NCBI GenBank assembly: GCA_023700255.1
Contig: JAJPRD010000006.1
Coordinates: 1 to 61,386, forward strand
Direction: 5' to 3'
Source of the DNA: Candidatus Thalassarchaeaceae archaeon
GTDB taxonomy: Archaea > Thermoplasmatota > Poseidoniia > Poseidoniales > Thalassarchaeaceae
Length of the DNA: 61,386 nt
Both the position numbers and the translations under genes were made by a program. Under the pieces are notes generated by a model. The model was not told the DNA's origin. It made no database searches and was given only the letters and a program-made list of their open reading frames with translations. Positions 59,619 through 61,386 of the stretch are shown here, in pieces (position 1 is the first letter of the stretch; each line of letters begins with the position of its first letter).

Positions 59619-61386
59619 GTGAACCGTAAATCTCCACTAAGAATCATTACTGCAGCAGCAATTTTTGATGGCCATGATGCCGCTATCGGGATATTTAGAC
59701 GTATTTTTCAGTCAATGGGATGCGAGGTAATTCATCTAGGACACGATAGAGGAGCGGATGAAGTTGCTAAAGCTGCAATTCAGGAAGATGCGCACTGTGT
59801 TGCTATTACTTCATATCAAGGTGGAGCCGTTGAAATGTTCACTCATACTAAACAAATCCTAGATTCTGCGGGTTTTGGTCATGTCAAACTAGTTGGAGGT
59901 GGTGGCGGAACTATTCTTCCAAGTGAAATAAAACACTTACTTGATTCAAATATTGCTAAAATATATTCTCCAGAAGATGGAAGAGAATTAGGCCTTACAG
60001 GAATGGTTTCAGACGCAATTGAGAGAGCCTCACAAAATAATCTACTCGACCCATCAAGGTTTGATTCGTTAAATGAACCAATAACTGCAGACAATCATGG
60101 ATCTGTCTCAAAATTACTCACATTAGCAGAAAACGCAGATGAGAAAATGTTTAATCAAATCCTAGATAAAGTTCGTTCAACAGATGGTTCATCTTGTCCA
60201 GTAGTTGGTTTGACAGGCACAGGTGGTGCTGGGAAATCAAGTCTTACTGACGAATTGATGTTAAGGATACAAAGAGATAACCCTGGAACCAAGATTGCAT
60301 TACTTGCTACTGACCCTACTCGTAAAAGAACTGGTGGAGCATTACTAGGTGATAGAATTAGAATGAATTCATTATCTGATGAAAACTTATTCATGCGTTC
60401 ATTTGCTAGTAGAGATAGTGGCAGAGAAATTGCAGATTGTATTGGTCGCTCCATTAAAGCTTGCAAGGCAGTTGGATTTGATCTTGTAGTTGTTGAAACT
60501 AGCGGAATAGGTCAAGGTAATGATGCAATAACTGAAGTTGCGGATATTTCATTATATGTTACAACAAGAGAATATGGGGCTCCGAGTCAGTTAGAAAAAC
60601 TGGAGATGTTAGATTCAGCAGATATTGTAGTTTTGAATAAATTCGATAGGCCCGGTGCTGAAGATGCATTGGCAGAAATTCGTAAACAATTCAAAAGAAA
60701 TAGAGAGATGTGGGAGGCAACCAATGAAGAATTACCTGTAGTACCTACTATTGCTAGTCAATTCGCTGATGCAGGTGTGGACCAACTTTGGCAAAAATTA
60801 TGTTCGCAGCTAAATGATAAATTTACTCAATCATTCATTGCAGCAGAAGCAAGAATGGGGCCTGATGGGCTCCCACATAGATCATCACCAATACCACCAG
60901 AGAGGCAAGGATATCTCGCTGAAGTATCAAGTTCAATCAGAAATTATCATTCAAGAACTGAAGAAATCACTTCCAAAATACGACTAGTACAACAACTGGA
61001 AGCTGCTGCTGAACAAATGAAATCAAAGAATAAAAAAATGGTAGCAGAAGGGCTCAAGCAAGAAGCTGATGCTGTTCGCTCTGAAATACCTAAGAGTGCT
61101 TGGGAAAATTTAGAACTTTTCAGAACCAAAGCTGAAGAATATCGCTCAGGATCAACAAGTTACACGGTTCGAAACAAAGAGATTCCCGTGAAAACTACCA
61201 GAACAACACTTTCAGGCTTAGATATGCCAAGAGTCGCTCTACCCGATTATAGTGACTGGGGCGATACTCTAGAGTGGATTAGAAAAGAGAATATGCCAGG
61301 CTCATTCCCCTATACGGGAGGAGTTTTCCCATTCAAGAGACAGGATGAATTACCTGTCAGAATGTTTGCAGGAGAAGGTAGTGCAG
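59619..61386 (+). CDS. icmF: Fused isobutyryl-CoA mutase/MeaB-like GTPase IcmF (runs off the window end)
   Basis: My translation from GTG 59619: RIITAAAIFDGHDAAI, GTGGAGKSS, LLGDRIRMN, NKFD, RMFAGEG; absent from the ORF track because there is no stop. Confidence 0.93.
   Translation, partial: MNRKSPLRIITAAAIFDGHDAAIGIFRRIFQSMGCEVIHLGHDRGADEVAKAAIQEDAHCVAITSYQGGAVEMFTHTKQILDSAGFGHVKLVGGGGGTILPSEIKHLLDSNIAKIYSPEDGRELGLTGMVSDAIERASQNNLLDPSRFDSLNEPITADNHGSVSKLLTLAENADEKMFNQILDKVRSTDGSSCPVVGLTGTGGAGKSSLTDELMLRIQRDNPGTKIALLATDPTRKRTGGALLGDRIRMNSLSDENLFMRSFASRDSGREIADCIGRSIKACKAVGFDLVVVETSGIGQGNDAITEVADISLYVTTREYGAPSQLEKLEMLDSADIVVLNKFDRPGAEDALAEIRKQFKRNREMWEATNEELPVVPTIASQFADAGVDQLWQKLCSQLNDKFTQSFIAAEARMGPDGLPHRSSPIPPERQGYLAEVSSSIRNYHSRTEEITSKIRLVQQLEAAAEQMKSKNKKMVAEGLKQEADAVRSEIPKSAWENLELFRTKAEEYRSGSTSYTVRNKEIPVKTTRTTLSGLDMPRVALPDYSDWGDTLEWIRKENMPGSFPYTGGVFPFKRQDELPVRMFAGEGSA

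Noticed and set aside
476-61129. Numerous short ORFs (60-170 aa) antisense to or overlapping annotated genes
   Set aside because: They are shadows of well-supported genes and carry no recognisable motifs.
59879-61129. Three minus-strand ORFs in the apparent gap at the window end
   Set aside because: They lie antisense to the icmF reading frame on the plus strand.
1-61386. CRISPR arrays, transposases, integrases, rRNA
   Set aside because: No regularly spaced repeats or such genes were seen by eye; short or degenerate repeats could have been missed.

Overview
Gene-dense, AT-rich archaeal chromosome segment. The gene content points to Marine Group II Euryarchaeota (Poseidoniales); this is inferred from the A/V-type ATP synthase operon, gatD, pelota, RFC, RPA and an intron-containing tRNA-Met, mixed with many bacterial-type genes. 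Housekeeping content: class II HMG-CoA reductase, smc-scpA-scpB, nadB, panE/panB, atpHIKECFABD, RPA operon, mogA, RNase PH, tRNA-Phe, endonuclease IV, fhs, aroE, acyl-CoA carboxyltransferase, secreted lipoprotein hydrolases, SMUG1, fadD and a truncated icmF that the ORF track missed. I saw no CRISPR array or mobile element. Best candidates for undescribed biology: (1) an archaeal 2-aminophenol 1,6-dioxygenase alpha/beta plus aminomuconate-deaminase operon, possibly a non-canonical tryptophan/3-hydroxyanthranilate route; (2) an APC transporter fused to two EF-hands, divergent from a Ca-dependent PI-PLC-family lipoprotein; (3) a menG, geranylgeranyl reductase and long-chain prenyl synthase triad suggesting saturated quinones; (4) a triple-SAP-domain protein next to RPA; (5) several apparent pseudo-enzymes (site-2 protease, HemC). 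All family calls come from motif recognition by eye; no searches were run.
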